Part shown: positions 8,459 to 18,070 of the stretch, in pieces
Layout of the letters: each line of letters opens with the position of its first letter
Numbering within the stretch: the stretch's first letter is position 1
From: Patescibacteria group bacterium
GTDB taxonomy: Bacteria > Patescibacteriota > SICC01
Length of the DNA: 49,998 nt
Assembly (NCBI GenBank): GCA_040902515.1
Contig: JBBDXB010000002.1
Location: 1 to 49,998 of the forward strand
Direction: 5' to 3'
The notes under the pieces: generated by a model
The model's input: the letters and a program-made list of their open reading frames with translations, nothing else
Databases searched by the model: none
What the model was told of the DNA's origin: nothing
Program-made: the position numbers and the translations under genes

Positions 8459-9562
8459 TCAGCGGACGCGCCGGCCGAGCGTCACAGGAAGGCGGCGCTC
8501 TTCCCCGCCGCGACGGATCGTCACCTGGACCCGATCGCCGGGAGAGTGGGCCGCGATCAATGACGACAGCGAGTGCTCCCGGTCGACCGCGGTCCCGTCG
8601 ACGGCCGCAATCACGTCATTCGGGCGGATTCCCGCCTGCGCCGCGGCGCTGCCCGGCACGACGGAAATCACCAGGGCCCCCTGCGATACCCCCACCTCGC
8701 GTTCCTCGGCGATCTCCGGGGTCAGGGTCACGCTCGTCACGCCGAGCTGGGCACGGACGATCTCTCCCCGTTCCTGGTAGCTATCGACCGCCTGTCGGAC
8801 CACGTCCACAGGAATCGCGAAACCGATACCTTCGGCACCTCCCGCGATCGCCGTGTTGATGCCGATGACCTGTCCGTCGAGATTGACCAGTGGCCCGCCA
8901 GAGTTCCCCGGATTGATGGCCGCGTCGGTCTGTAGGAGATTATCGAGGTTGGCGGCGGCGTCGCCGATGACCGCCCTGCCGGTGGCGGACAGCACGCCGG
9001 TAGTCACCGTGTGGTCGAACTGCCCGAGCGCGTTACCGATCGCAATCACCTGCTGGCCCACCCGGAGGCCGCTGACCTCGCCGAGCTCCACGACCGGCAG
9101 TTCCGAAGCCTCGATCTTCAGGAGCGCCAAGTCGAACACGGGGTCGGTCCCTACCACCCGCGCGCCGAAATCACGACCGTCCTCCAGAATGACGGTCGGG
9201 TTCTCCGCCCGATCCTCGATGACGTGGCGGTTCGTGACGATCAGACCGTCTGCGGTGATGATGAATCCGCTGCCCGCACCTTCCGTTCCCTCGGGCGCCA
9301 GAAGCGATGGCGCCCCCGTCACGTCGATCGACACCACGGCGGGCTCGACTTCCCGGACGGCATCGATCACGGCACTTTCCTCGGTGACCGTCACCTGACG
9401 GGCGACCTCGCCGGGCGCGGCGGCCGGACTGCCCCCGAACAGGTACGTACCGGCGGCGGCCCCGCCGACCCCGGCGGCGAATGATAGCACGACGGCAGCC
9501 GCGAAGAACTTCAGGCCGACCGGCCCGGGCGGGCGAGCATCCACCGGAACGCGCGGGCTCAC
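8459..9562 (-). CDS. htrA: HtrA/DegP-family serine protease (trypsin-like domain + one PDZ), N-terminal membrane anchor
   Basis: 367 aa. Catalytic-triad context ..TNRHVI.., ..DLALLKI.., ..GNSGGPLVN... C-terminal PDZ. The GTG start overlaps the LCP gene stop (GTGA). Confidence 0.88.
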   Translation of the reverse strand: MSPRVPVDARPPGPVGLKFFAAAVVLSFAAGVGGAAAGTYLFGGSPAAAPGEVARQVTVTEESAVIDAVREVEPAVVSIDVTGAPSLLAPEGTEGAGSGFIITADGLIVTNRHVIEDRAENPTVILEDGRDFGARVVGTDPVFDLALLKIEASELPVVELGEVSGLRVGQQVIAIGNALGQFDHTVTTGVLSATGRAVIGDAAANLDNLLQTDAAINPGNSGGPLVNLDGQVIGINTAIAGGAEGIGFAIPVDVVRQAVDSYQERGEIVRAQLGVTSVTLTPEIAEEREVGVSQGALVISVVPGSAAAQAGIRPNDVIAAVDGTAVDREHSLSSLIAAHSPGDRVQVTIRRGGEERRLPVTLGRRVR

Positions 9563-10911
9563 AGCCCCTCCGTCAGGGCGGCGGCCCCCGATACGTAATC
9601 GGTGCCGATGACCACCCGGGCATCAACGGTCGAGCCTGGCTCACGGGTCCGGGACACGACCTGCCCGCCGTAGCGCTCCTTGAGAAAGCGGACGGTGTCC
9701 GGCTTGCCGCCGTCGGTAAAGTCATAGATCACCGTCTGCTGGGCCAGTTCGGGCGCGTTACCGACCTTGGTTACCGTGACCCCGAAGGCCTTCAGTTCCT
9801 CCTGCTCGGCGCCGGCCAGTCCGCCGGAACCGCTCGCGTTCTGCAGCTCCACCCGTGCTTTCTCGGCCCGGGCGGCGGAGCTGCCGAGCAACTGTCCTAC
9901 GAACTCCCGGATCTCGGAGTAATTGCCGGCGGTAGGCAGCAGGATGTAGGCCCCGCCGGGTCCAACGCTGTCGTAGAGCAGTCCCGTGGTCTCGCCGTCG
10001 ATCACCTGATTGGTCACGTTGGCAGGCCTGATGTCACGGACGATCTCAGCCAGGCGCTGTGTTTCCTTGAGCGTAAGGTCGGTCAGCACGCGATCACCGA
10101 GGATGTCCACGAGCTGGCTGATCTTGCTAGGATTAGTCAGGAACGCGACCGAGAGCGCCTTGCTGCGGGCAGCGAGCAAGACTTCCTGTTGCCGCCGGCT
10201 GCGGTCGAAGTCGCTGGTGGTCTCGCGCGAGCGGGCGTACTTCAGCGCCAACTCGCCGTCCATGTGCGTCTGCCCCGCGGGGATATCCACGACCTGGTAG
10301 CCGTGACCGAGCGGATAGTACGGGTCGTACAGCGGCTCTTCCACATCGACCTCGATGCCGCCCATGGAGTCGATCACCTGGCGGAATCCCTCGAAATCGA
10401 CACGCACGAAGTAGTGCACGTCCAAGCCCAGGATGTCTCCGACTTTCCGCTTCAACAGCGCGGGACCGCCGCCCGGCAGCTCCTGCTCCTCGCCGATCGA
10501 ATGGACCTCGTTGATCTTCACGCTCTGCAACGAATCGGGCACTTGGACGTAGAGGTCGCGCGGGACGGAAACCATCACGGCGCGGTCGGCTTCCGGTTCG
10601 ATGCTTACGAGCTGGATGGTGTCCGCGAGATCGCCGCCATCGTGACCCTGACCGCCCACTCCGATCAGTAGGACGTTTACGCGGTCGCCGCCCTTGAGAT
10701 CCTGCTGCAGGACCTGCTGGCCGCCGACGTTCTCGGTAAAGATGCGGTCAGTCGCTGCGGAGACCTTATAGGTGAACCATCCGGAGCCGAGGAACGCGAC
10801 CGAGAAGAACAGCAGCAGCGGCACTTTCCACCACTGCCGGTGGTGGTGTCGCGACGGCTGCGGGTGGTGTTCGGGTTGCGTTGTGTCTTCAGCGGTAACG
10901 AGTCGTACCAT
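9559..10911 (-). CDS. LytR-CpsA-Psr (LCP) family cell-envelope phosphotransferase with C-terminal LytR_C-like domain
   Basis: 450 aa. One N-terminal TM, then ..VNVLLIGVGG..DLADTIQLVSI..VSVPRDLYV..KIN.. typical of LCP domains. SD GGAGGGAG lies before ATG 10911. Confidence 0.87.
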   Translation of the reverse strand: MVRLVTAEDTTQPEHHPQPSRHHHRQWWKVPLLLFFSVAFLGSGWFTYKVSAATDRIFTENVGGQQVLQQDLKGGDRVNVLLIGVGGQGHDGGDLADTIQLVSIEPEADRAVMVSVPRDLYVQVPDSLQSVKINEVHSIGEEQELPGGGPALLKRKVGDILGLDVHYFVRVDFEGFRQVIDSMGGIEVDVEEPLYDPYYPLGHGYQVVDIPAGQTHMDGELALKYARSRETTSDFDRSRRQQEVLLAARSKALSVAFLTNPSKISQLVDILGDRVLTDLTLKETQRLAEIVRDIRPANVTNQVIDGETTGLLYDSVGPGGAYILLPTAGNYSEIREFVGQLLGSSAARAEKARVELQNASGSGGLAGAEQEELKAFGVTVTKVGNAPELAQQTVIYDFTDGGKPDTVRFLKERYGGQVVSRTREPGSTVDARVVIGTDYVSGAAALTEGL

Positions 10912-11006
10912 CTACTCCCTCCGAGGCCCTATGATACCGCGGATGCCCGTCCCAGGCGAGCACGGAGAGTGGCCCGGCAGTAGGCCCTGCGCTACCCTTG
11001 GTACGT

Positions 11007-11714
11007 ATGTCAAAAGAAAGACAACCACGGCCGCCCCATCGGCAGACGCCGAAACACCCCGACCCCGCGGAGAATCCCGCGTACGCGTCGATTCCCGCCG
11101 AACCGGAACAGCCGGAACGCTCCGAACGGATCCTGCATGTGATCTGGGAGGTCACCAAGACCGTCGCGTTCATCGTGCTGGTCGCGGTAGTCGTCCGGGC
11201 GTTCCTGGTCCAGCCGTTCTTCGTGCAGGGCGAGAGCATGGAGCCGAACTTCGGGGATGGTAACTACCTGCTGGTAAACCAGCTGGCCTACACCTTCGGC
11301 GAGCCCAAGCGCGGTGACGTGGTCGTCTTCCGGGCGCCGCCCGAGCCGGAGACCAACTATATCAAGCGCGTCGTGGGGTTGCCGGGCGAGACGGTCCAGA
11401 TCCGGGACGGCAACTTCCGCATCGTCAACGGAGAGAACCCCGCCGGTTTCACGCTGGATGAGCCGTATGAAGTCGAGGGCACGGTCACGCGTCCCGACGG
11501 TGACCAGACCACCTGGGAGCTCGACGGCGACGAGTACTTCATGGTCGGAGACAACCGGCACCCCGGCAAGTCTTCCGACTCCCGGGCCTGGGGCCCGGTC
11601 GAGGAGCACTACCTGATCGGTAAGGCCTGGCTCCGGGTGTACCCCCCGGCGGAATTCGGCACCGTTCCCCACCGCCCGCAGGCGATGCTGCCCGTGGCGG
11701 TGCTGCGTCCCTGA
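11007..11714 (+). CDS. lepB: Signal peptidase I
   Basis: S26 motifs ..VQGESMEPNF.. (Ser) and ..YIKRVVGLPGE.., ..GDNRHPGKSSDSR... The ORF-track start at 10998 is a TTG. ATG 11007 is preferred (MSKERQ..). Confidence 0.88.
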   Translation: MSKERQPRPPHRQTPKHPDPAENPAYASIPAEPEQPERSERILHVIWEVTKTVAFIVLVAVVVRAFLVQPFFVQGESMEPNFGDGNYLLVNQLAYTFGEPKRGDVVVFRAPPEPETNYIKRVVGLPGETVQIRDGNFRIVNGENPAGFTLDEPYEVEGTVTRPDGDQTTWELDGDEYFMVGDNRHPGKSSDSRAWGPVEEHYLIGKAWLRVYPPAEFGTVPHRPQAMLPVAVLRP

Positions 11715-11735
11715 CGCCGGCCGGGTTGGCCGGGC

Positions 11736-12545
11736 CTATCCTTCCGAACGGAGCCGCTTCACGATGGTTTCCAGTTCCCCGGCGGAATGGTACTTGATCG
11801 TCAGCGATCCGCCGCCGGCGCTTCCCCGTACGGTGACCCGGGCACCGAGGTCACGTGCCAAATCGGTAGCCCACGCGGGCTGCGGCGAGGCCGCGACCCT
11901 CGAGGTGCCGGTTTTTGCGGCACGCTCCGCCGCGCGGACCGACAACCCGTTGGCGATGATCTTCCCGAGCAACGCTTCCCGGCGTTCGGGTGCCGCCGCC
12001 AGGATCGCCTGGGCGTGTCCGGCGGATATCCGGCCTTCGTCCAAGGCACGTCCGGCATCGGCCGGCAGCGTCAGCAACCGGAGCGTGAGCGCGATCTTCG
12101 AGCGGCCGATGCCGAGGCGCTTCGCCAGTTCTTCCTGGCTCAGCCCGGATTCCGACAACAGGCGTTCGAACGCCCGGGCTTCCTCAAGGGGCGAGAGATT
12201 GCTGCGCTGGAGGTTCTCGATCAGGGCAAGTTCGAAGTGGCGCTGCGCCTCGTCGCTGCGGATGAAGACCGGCACGTGGGACAGCCCGGCCAGCTTGGCC
12301 GCACGGAGGCGTCGCTCACCGGCGATCAGCCGGAATCCGCCACCGTCTTCGGAAACGACCAGCGGCTGAAGGATGCCATGGTGCCGGATACTGGCCGACA
12401 GGGACTCGATTTCCGCCTCCCCGAAACGTTCCCGGGGCTGGGTATCGGGGAGCTGGATATCCACCACCGCCACTTCCTGGCGGGGCTGGGTATCAGGGAG
12501 GAGCGCCTCAAGCCCTCTGCCGAGACCGCGTTTCGGCGCGCTCAT
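11736..12545 (-). CDS. parB: Chromosome partitioning protein ParB/Spo0J
   Basis: 269 aa. N-terminal KRGLGRGLEALL, ParB box ..LIAGERRLRAAKLAG.., HTH region. Confidence 0.92.
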   Translation of the reverse strand: MSAPKRGLGRGLEALLPDTQPRQEVAVVDIQLPDTQPRERFGEAEIESLSASIRHHGILQPLVVSEDGGGFRLIAGERRLRAAKLAGLSHVPVFIRSDEAQRHFELALIENLQRSNLSPLEEARAFERLLSESGLSQEELAKRLGIGRSKIALTLRLLTLPADAGRALDEGRISAGHAQAILAAAPERREALLGKIIANGLSVRAAERAAKTGTSRVAASPQPAWATDLARDLGARVTVRGSAGGGSLTIKYHSAGELETIVKRLRSEG

Positions 12546-13278
12546 GGATTTCCTCCGTTAAATGGGTATAGGCCGTCGCTCCCGACGACATGCCGTCGAA
12601 ACTCATCACTGATTCACGGAATCCCGGCGCTTCGGCCAGCCGGACGCTCCTGGGTATGACCGTGCGGAATACGCGGGAACCGAAGTGACGGCGGACATCG
12701 TCGCCCACCTGGCGGGCCAGGTTCAGGCGGCGATCAAACATAGTGAGGACAATTCCCATCAGGTCGAGTTCGGGGTTCAGGCTGCCGCGCACTTTCTCGA
12801 CGGTCCCCGTCAGCTTGGCAAGCCCTTCCAGGGCATAGTACTCCGCCTGGAGCGGGACCACCACGAACCGACCAGCGACCAACGCGTTCAACGTCAGGAA
12901 GCCGAGTGACGGCGGGCAATCGATGATCACGTACCGGTAGCGGTGGCCGGCCAAGGCCGCCGAGAGCCGGGTGTAGCGCCCCTCTGCGGACGCCAGTTCC
13001 ACCTCGGCGCCGGCCAAGTCCTCCGTCGCTGCCAGCAGGTCGAGACCGCGGCATCGACTGGCCCGGATCACGCGCCCGACGGACCGCCCCCGACAGAGGA
13101 CGTCGTAGGCCCCTTCGGACGGCACGTCCGCAGCCAGGACGCTGGTCGCGTTCCCCTGCGGGTCCGCGTCGATCAGCAAGGTCGGACGCCCGCGCTGCGC
13201 CAAGGAGGCCGCCACGTTCACGGCGGTGGTGGTCTTGCCGACGCCCCCTTTCTGGTTGGCGAATGCGATGACGGTCAT
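12508..13278 (-). CDS. parA: Chromosome partitioning ATPase ParA/Soj
   Basis: 256 aa. Deviant Walker A: ANQKGGVGKTTTAVN. Overlaps parB by 38 nt. Confidence 0.93.
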   Translation of the reverse strand: MTVIAFANQKGGVGKTTTAVNVAASLAQRGRPTLLIDADPQGNATSVLAADVPSEGAYDVLCRGRSVGRVIRASRCRGLDLLAATEDLAGAEVELASAEGRYTRLSAALAGHRYRYVIIDCPPSLGFLTLNALVAGRFVVVPLQAEYYALEGLAKLTGTVEKVRGSLNPELDLMGIVLTMFDRRLNLARQVGDDVRRHFGSRVFRTVIPRSVRLAEAPGFRESVMSFDGMSSGATAYTHLTEEIHERAETRSRQRA

Positions 13279-13327
13279 ATCGGTATTTTCTCCATCCTAC
13301 CGCTCCGCTTTCCGGGGAGCGAGCGGA

Positions 13328-13621
13328 TCACGACGTGACGATCTTGGTGACTTTGATCCGAGTACCGGACTGCCGGTGACCGTTCTTCACCCGGGAGCGC
13401 TTCTTTGGCTTCATCTTGAAGACGACCAGTTTGGGACCCCTGGTTTCCTCGACCGCTTCCGCCCGGACCGTTCCCTTGCCGCGGGTCACCGACCCGTCCG
13501 CGGTAACGGCCAGTGCCGGAAAGCTCAGATTCTTGCCATCAAGCTTCTCGACGACCAATTCGTCGCCCTCCTGGACGCGGTACTGCTTTCCGCCGGTCTC
13601 GATGATCGCGTGTGTTGCCAT
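13328..13621 (-). CDS. rplU: 50S ribosomal protein L21
   Basis: 97 aa, MATHAIIETGGKQYRVQEGDELVVEKL... No rpmA (L27) follows it in this window. Confidence 0.93.
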   Translation of the reverse strand: MATHAIIETGGKQYRVQEGDELVVEKLDGKNLSFPALAVTADGSVTRGKGTVRAEAVEETRGPKLVVFKMKPKKRSRVKNGHRQSGTRIKVTKIVTS

Positions 13622-13629
13622 ACCAAATC

Positions 13630-13659
13630 AGTGTAGCCGGTTACCTGCCAGGCATGCAA
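13630..13659 (-). promoter_or_regulatory. Candidate promoter giving a leaderless rplU mRNA
   Basis: Minus strand: TTGCAT (13659..13654), 18 nt, TACACT (13635..13630), then 8 nt to ATG 13621. No SD. Confidence 0.5.
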
Positions 13660-13679
13660 AACCCTCCCCGTCGGCATCG

Positions 13680-14795
13680 CTAGCCGGCGAAGGTCGGCGC
13701 GTCCACCCGGCGCGAGCGGCTGCTGGCGATGCTTTGCAGGATACCCACGGCCAGCAGCAACATCAGGATGCTGGTACCGCCGTAACTGACGAACGGCAGC
13801 GGGATGCCGGTGACCGGCATGATGCCGGTGTTCATGCCGATGTTCACGACGGTCTGGATCAGAACGATCAGCATGATGCCCATCGCCAGCAGATAGCCGA
13901 AGAAGTCATGGGCTCCGCGGGCGATCGCCAGCGAGCGGTAGATCACGACCGCCAACAATCCGAGTAGCAGGAGCGCGCCGAAGAATCCGAGTTCCTCGGC
14001 GATCACCGCGAAGATGAAGTCCGTGTGTTGGATCGGCAGGAAGTTGAGCTGGCTTTGTGAACCGGACCCGAGCGTCCGTCCGAAGATGCCGCCGGACCCG
14101 ACCGCGATCTGCGCCTGCTGGACGTTGTATCCCGCGCCCAGCGGATCGGCCATCGGGTCGATCAGCGTCATGATCCGGCGTTTCTGATAATCCTGCAGCA
14201 GCCACAGCCAGGCCACGGGCAGCAGCGCGGTGACGACTCCTGCGGTCCAGACGAAGAAGCGCTTCGGGAGACCCGCGGCGATCGTCATGCCGAGCCACGT
14301 ACTCATCAGCACCATCGCCGTGCCCAGGTCGGGCTGGGCGGCCACCAGTAGCACGGGAGGCATGGTGTAGGCCAGTGACTTGAAGAACGTCCGTGAGGTA
14401 TCGAGGGTCTTCTGGTGATCGGCGAATACCTTCGCGAGCACGACCACCATCACGAGCTTGGCGAACTCGGACGGCTGGAACTGGAAGAATCCGAGGTCGA
14501 TCCAACGGGTGGCGCCGAGCGCCGAGACGCCGACCAGCTCGACGAGGATCAGGAAGAAGAGCGAGAGCAGGTACAGCGCTCCGGCGGTCCGGCGGAAGAC
14601 CCGGTAGTCGCTGACACCGATCACCGCGACGATGCCGAGTCCCAGTAGGGCGATGAAGAGCTGCTGGACGGCGTCACTGGCACCGCCCGAACCGGCATCG
14701 CCGAACGTGATCGCGAAGATGACCGCGACCGAGAAGGTCAACAGCAGGACCACGGCGGCCTGCAGGAACCAGTCGAAATACCGGATCCGTTCCAT
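13680..14795 (-). CDS. SEDS-family peptidoglycan glycosyltransferase (RodA/FtsW)
   Basis: 371 aa, about 10 TM segments. Conserved ..PSEFAKL.., ..QPDLGTA.., ..GSG.SQ..FLP..HTDFIFA..EELGF.. motifs. Confidence 0.88.
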   Translation of the reverse strand: MERIRYFDWFLQAAVVLLLTFSVAVIFAITFGDAGSGGASDAVQQLFIALLGLGIVAVIGVSDYRVFRRTAGALYLLSLFFLILVELVGVSALGATRWIDLGFFQFQPSEFAKLVMVVVLAKVFADHQKTLDTSRTFFKSLAYTMPPVLLVAAQPDLGTAMVLMSTWLGMTIAAGLPKRFFVWTAGVVTALLPVAWLWLLQDYQKRRIMTLIDPMADPLGAGYNVQQAQIAVGSGGIFGRTLGSGSQSQLNFLPIQHTDFIFAVIAEELGFFGALLLLGLLAVVIYRSLAIARGAHDFFGYLLAMGIMLIVLIQTVVNIGMNTGIMPVTGIPLPFVSYGGTSILMLLLAVGILQSIASSRSRRVDAPTFAG

Positions 14796-17700
14796 CAGGC
14801 GCGCCGCAGTGAGATCGTCAGTGGTAGTCCGGACACCTGCACCCGTTCAGCCTCGGGTCCCGTCTCCTCAAGCGCAAGCGGGCGAGCCAGGGTCTCGTCT
14901 TCGATGAGCCGGCGGTGGGCGTCGAGCGCGCGCACCAGTTCCGGCGCGTCGGTAGCAAGCGTGAGCTTGATCCGGTCATCCACGGACAAGCCGCGGGACT
15001 TCCGAAGCTCCTGGACGTGACGGATCACGTCGCGGGCGTATCCTTCCTGCCTGAGCGCGTCGGTGAGCTCCGTATCGAGCGCGACCACGAAATGCTCGCT
15101 GGAGCATACGGCCAGCTCGCCGCCATGTTCGTAGACGAACTCGACGCCGTCCGGCGGAAGACGATGACCCGCGGCGGTGATGGCGCGGCCCTGCACCCGG
15201 TACTCGCCCTGCTTCAGGGCGCGGATCACCCGCTGGGCCTCCGATCCGAGCGCCGGACCGAGCACCGCCGGCACGGGACGGGGAACCTTCCGGATGAGTT
15301 TCCCTTCCCGCTCGACGAAGCGGACTTCCTTGACGTTCAGTTCCTCGGCGATTATCCGAACAATCTCATTGCTCTTCTTTCGACCGCTGCGGTCGATGAC
15401 ACGGGCCAGTGCCAACGGCTGACGGACCTTAACCCCGGCCTCTCCCCGGGCCGCCAGCCCCAGCCGGACGATCTCCCGGGCGTCAGTCATGGTATGTGCT
15501 AACCGGGCGCCGGCGGGAGTCGTCTTCCCCGCCCGCGGCCAGGTGGCCAGATGCGCGCTCCCGCCGGTAAGTTCCCGGTGGATGTGGTCGGTCAGGAACG
15601 GTACGAATGGCGCTGCCAGACGCGTGAATACGCAGAGCACGTGATGGAGCGTCGCGTACGCCTGGCGTTTGTCGGCGTCGGATTCGCTCTTCCAGAAGCG
15701 CCGCCGGCTGCGGCGGACGTACCAATTCGAGAGATCGTCGAGTACTGCGGAAAGCTCCCGGGAGGCGGCCATCAGGTCGCCCTGCTCGAGCCCGGACGTG
15801 ACCGTCCTGACCGCGCCGTCCATTCGGGCCAGGATCCAGCGGTCCATCAGGTGTCTCGGTGCCCGCGGGCGTCCCGACACCTCCCAGCCGTCGACGCTGG
15901 CATACGTGGCGAGGAATACGTACGTATTGTAGAGCGTCCCCAGGAACGATTGTGACAGCTCGGCTACGTCCCGTTCCGCGAACCGCAGGTCGTCGCCGCG
16001 GACTACCGGCGATTGCACCAGATACAGCCGCATCGCGTCCGCGCCGTACTTCGAGAAAACTTCGCTCGGTTCCGGATAGTTCTTGAGCCGCTTGGACATC
16101 TTCTTGCCGTCCTCCGCCAGGACCAGTCCGGTCGTGACCACCTGCTCGAACGCCCGCGAACCCTGCAGTGCCACGCCAAGCACGTGTAGCGTATAAAACC
16201 ATCCCCGCGTCTGGTCGAGCGCCTCCGCGATGAAGTCGGCGGGATAGCGCTGCGCGAACTCACGGCGATGCTCGAACGGGTAGTGCACCGAGGCGTACGG
16301 CATGCTACCCGATTCGAACCAGCAATCCAGGACGTCCTCGATCCGCCGGGCTTCCTCGCCGCAATCCGGACACGGGAACGTGATACCGTCCACGAACTGC
16401 TTGTGCAGGTCGCGTGGTGCCTTCCCGGAAAGCCGCTTCAGCTCCTCGCGTGACCCGATGACCGTCACGTGGTCGTTGTCACACTTCCAGATCGGAAGCG
16501 GGTTGCCCCAGAAGCGGTTGCGGGAGATCGCCCAGTCGCGGGCGCCTTCCAGCCACTTGCCGAACCGCCCGTCCCGCACGTGGGCCGGCATCCAATCGAT
16601 CTTCCGGTTCTCGGCAAGCAGCTGCCGCTTGACCTTGGTGACCGCGACGAACCAGGAGTCGGTCGTGTAGTTGAGCAGCGGCGTGTCGCAGCGCCAGCAA
16701 TGGGGATAGCTATGTGTGAACCGCTCCTTACGGACCAGCCTTCCCTCCGCCGCAAGGTCGGCGATGACGGCGGCATCCCCCTCCCCATGCGCCTTCATCC
16801 CAACATGGCGTCCGAATTCCTCCGTGAACCGCCCGATGATGTCCACGTGCCGGACGAACGCCGCGCCCTCCCGCTCCCCGATCGCATTGTCCTCCTCACC
16901 GAATGCGGGAGCCACGTGCAGCACGCCGGTCCCGTCCTCGGCCGTCACGGCATCCGACGCGACGACCTCATGGTGCTTCCCGGACAACCCGTCCATCGGG
17001 AACGGCGGTTCGTACCGGCGGCCGACGAGGCTGTCCGCCTTCACGGATTCTCGCACCTCGACATCATCGCCGAATACGGCGGTTACCCGGTCTGCCGCCA
17101 CAACGTAGTACTTTCCGTCGTGACGCACTTTCACATACCCGATCTTCGGCCCGACGGCCAGCAGCACGTTTCCCGGTAGCGTCCACGGGGTCGTCGTCCA
17201 GGCCACCAGTGCCGTATCCGGGTCGTCAGCGAGCGGAAACGCCACGTAGACCGATTCATCGACCCGGTCCCGATATCCCTGCGTGACTTCGAAATTCGAG
17301 AGCGGCGTGGCGCAGCGCGGGCAGATGTGCATCGCCTTGCGGCCCTCGTAGAGCAGCCCTTTCTCCCAAAGCGTCTTCACGACCCACCAGATGGATTCCA
17401 TGTACTGCGGATCCATCGTCTTGTAGTCGTTCTCGAAGTCGATCCAGCGCCCGAGGCGCTCCGTCGTCTTCTGCCACTCCTTGGTATGCCGGAGTACGAT
17501 CGATCGACAGGCGTCATTGAAGGTGGCGACGCCCATCTTGAGGATGTCGGGCCGTCCCTTGATGCCACGTTCCTTCTCCAGCTCATACTCGACCGGGAGG
17601 CCGTGGCAGTCCCAGCCGAACCGGCGCTCGACGTACCGGCCCTGCATCGTCCGGAACCGCGGGACGATGTCCTTGATCGTCCCCTGCAGCAGATGGCCGT

Positions 17701-17878
17701 AGTGCGGCAGGCCCGTCGCGAACGGCGGACCGTCGTAGAACGTGAACCGCTTACCCTTCTCGGTCCGTTGCAGGGATTTCCGGAACGTCTGCTCCCGCTT
17801 CCAAAGCCGCAGGATCCGCTCTTCCAGCTTCGGGAATGACGTGACCGGTTTCGGGGTGGAAAGTCGTTTCTTCTCCAT
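14795..17878 (-). CDS. ileS: Isoleucyl-tRNA synthetase (type 2, long C-terminal domain)
   Basis: 1027 aa. HIGH region PHYGHLLQG, KMSKS region KKMSKRLKNYP, CP1 editing domain. ATG at 17878. Confidence 0.96.
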   Translation of the reverse strand: MEKKRLSTPKPVTSFPKLEERILRLWKREQTFRKSLQRTEKGKRFTFYDGPPFATGLPHYGHLLQGTIKDIVPRFRTMQGRYVERRFGWDCHGLPVEYELEKERGIKGRPDILKMGVATFNDACRSIVLRHTKEWQKTTERLGRWIDFENDYKTMDPQYMESIWWVVKTLWEKGLLYEGRKAMHICPRCATPLSNFEVTQGYRDRVDESVYVAFPLADDPDTALVAWTTTPWTLPGNVLLAVGPKIGYVKVRHDGKYYVVAADRVTAVFGDDVEVRESVKADSLVGRRYEPPFPMDGLSGKHHEVVASDAVTAEDGTGVLHVAPAFGEEDNAIGEREGAAFVRHVDIIGRFTEEFGRHVGMKAHGEGDAAVIADLAAEGRLVRKERFTHSYPHCWRCDTPLLNYTTDSWFVAVTKVKRQLLAENRKIDWMPAHVRDGRFGKWLEGARDWAISRNRFWGNPLPIWKCDNDHVTVIGSREELKRLSGKAPRDLHKQFVDGITFPCPDCGEEARRIEDVLDCWFESGSMPYASVHYPFEHRREFAQRYPADFIAEALDQTRGWFYTLHVLGVALQGSRAFEQVVTTGLVLAEDGKKMSKRLKNYPEPSEVFSKYGADAMRLYLVQSPVVRGDDLRFAERDVAELSQSFLGTLYNTYVFLATYASVDGWEVSGRPRAPRHLMDRWILARMDGAVRTVTSGLEQGDLMAASRELSAVLDDLSNWYVRRSRRRFWKSESDADKRQAYATLHHVLCVFTRLAAPFVPFLTDHIHRELTGGSAHLATWPRAGKTTPAGARLAHTMTDAREIVRLGLAARGEAGVKVRQPLALARVIDRSGRKKSNEIVRIIAEELNVKEVRFVEREGKLIRKVPRPVPAVLGPALGSEAQRVIRALKQGEYRVQGRAITAAGHRLPPDGVEFVYEHGGELAVCSSEHFVVALDTELTDALRQEGYARDVIRHVQELRKSRGLSVDDRIKLTLATDAPELVRALDAHRRLIEDETLARPLALEETGPEAERVQVSGLPLTISLRRA

Positions 17879-18060
17879 GGGATGACCTCGCGGTTGCGAG
17901 GACCCTGCCGGGCGGTACCACCTCGGTTCCCTCCAAACGAGGGCGCTTCGTTGACGGCGATGACGGGCCGCGGCCGTCCGGGTCTACTGGCTCGTCCGCG
18001 GACGAGGGTTCTTCCGGAAGCATCTCCCGGTGATGGCCGGGGTCAGGCGCTTCTCTAGGC
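17879..18060 (-). promoter_or_regulatory. T-box riboswitch (tRNA-Ile sensing leader of ileS), translational SD-sequestering type
   Basis: Minus-strand RNA contains:
- a T-box sequence AACCGAGGUGGUACCGCCC (17929..17910)
- an antisequestrator GAGG-[UGGUACC]-GCCC-GGCA-GGGU-CCUC
- a competing CCUCGC-AACC-GCGAGG hairpin that buries the SD GAGG, 7 nt before the AUG, with no U-tract
- a preceding CCCUC-GUUUG-GAGGG (Stem III-like) hairpin
- a short 5' hairpin GAAGC..CCCGG-CCAUCA-CCGGG..GCUUC presenting AUC+A (18034..18031)
- an AGAGA motif at about 18051..18055. Confidence 0.82.
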
Positions 18061-18070
18061 TCAGGATAAT

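Noticed and set aside
11715-11735. CCGGCC-GGGTT-GGCCGG hairpin between the convergent lepB and parB genes, as a bidirectional terminator
   Set aside because: There is no U/T-tract on either side, and GC-rich palindromes of this size are common in this sequence.
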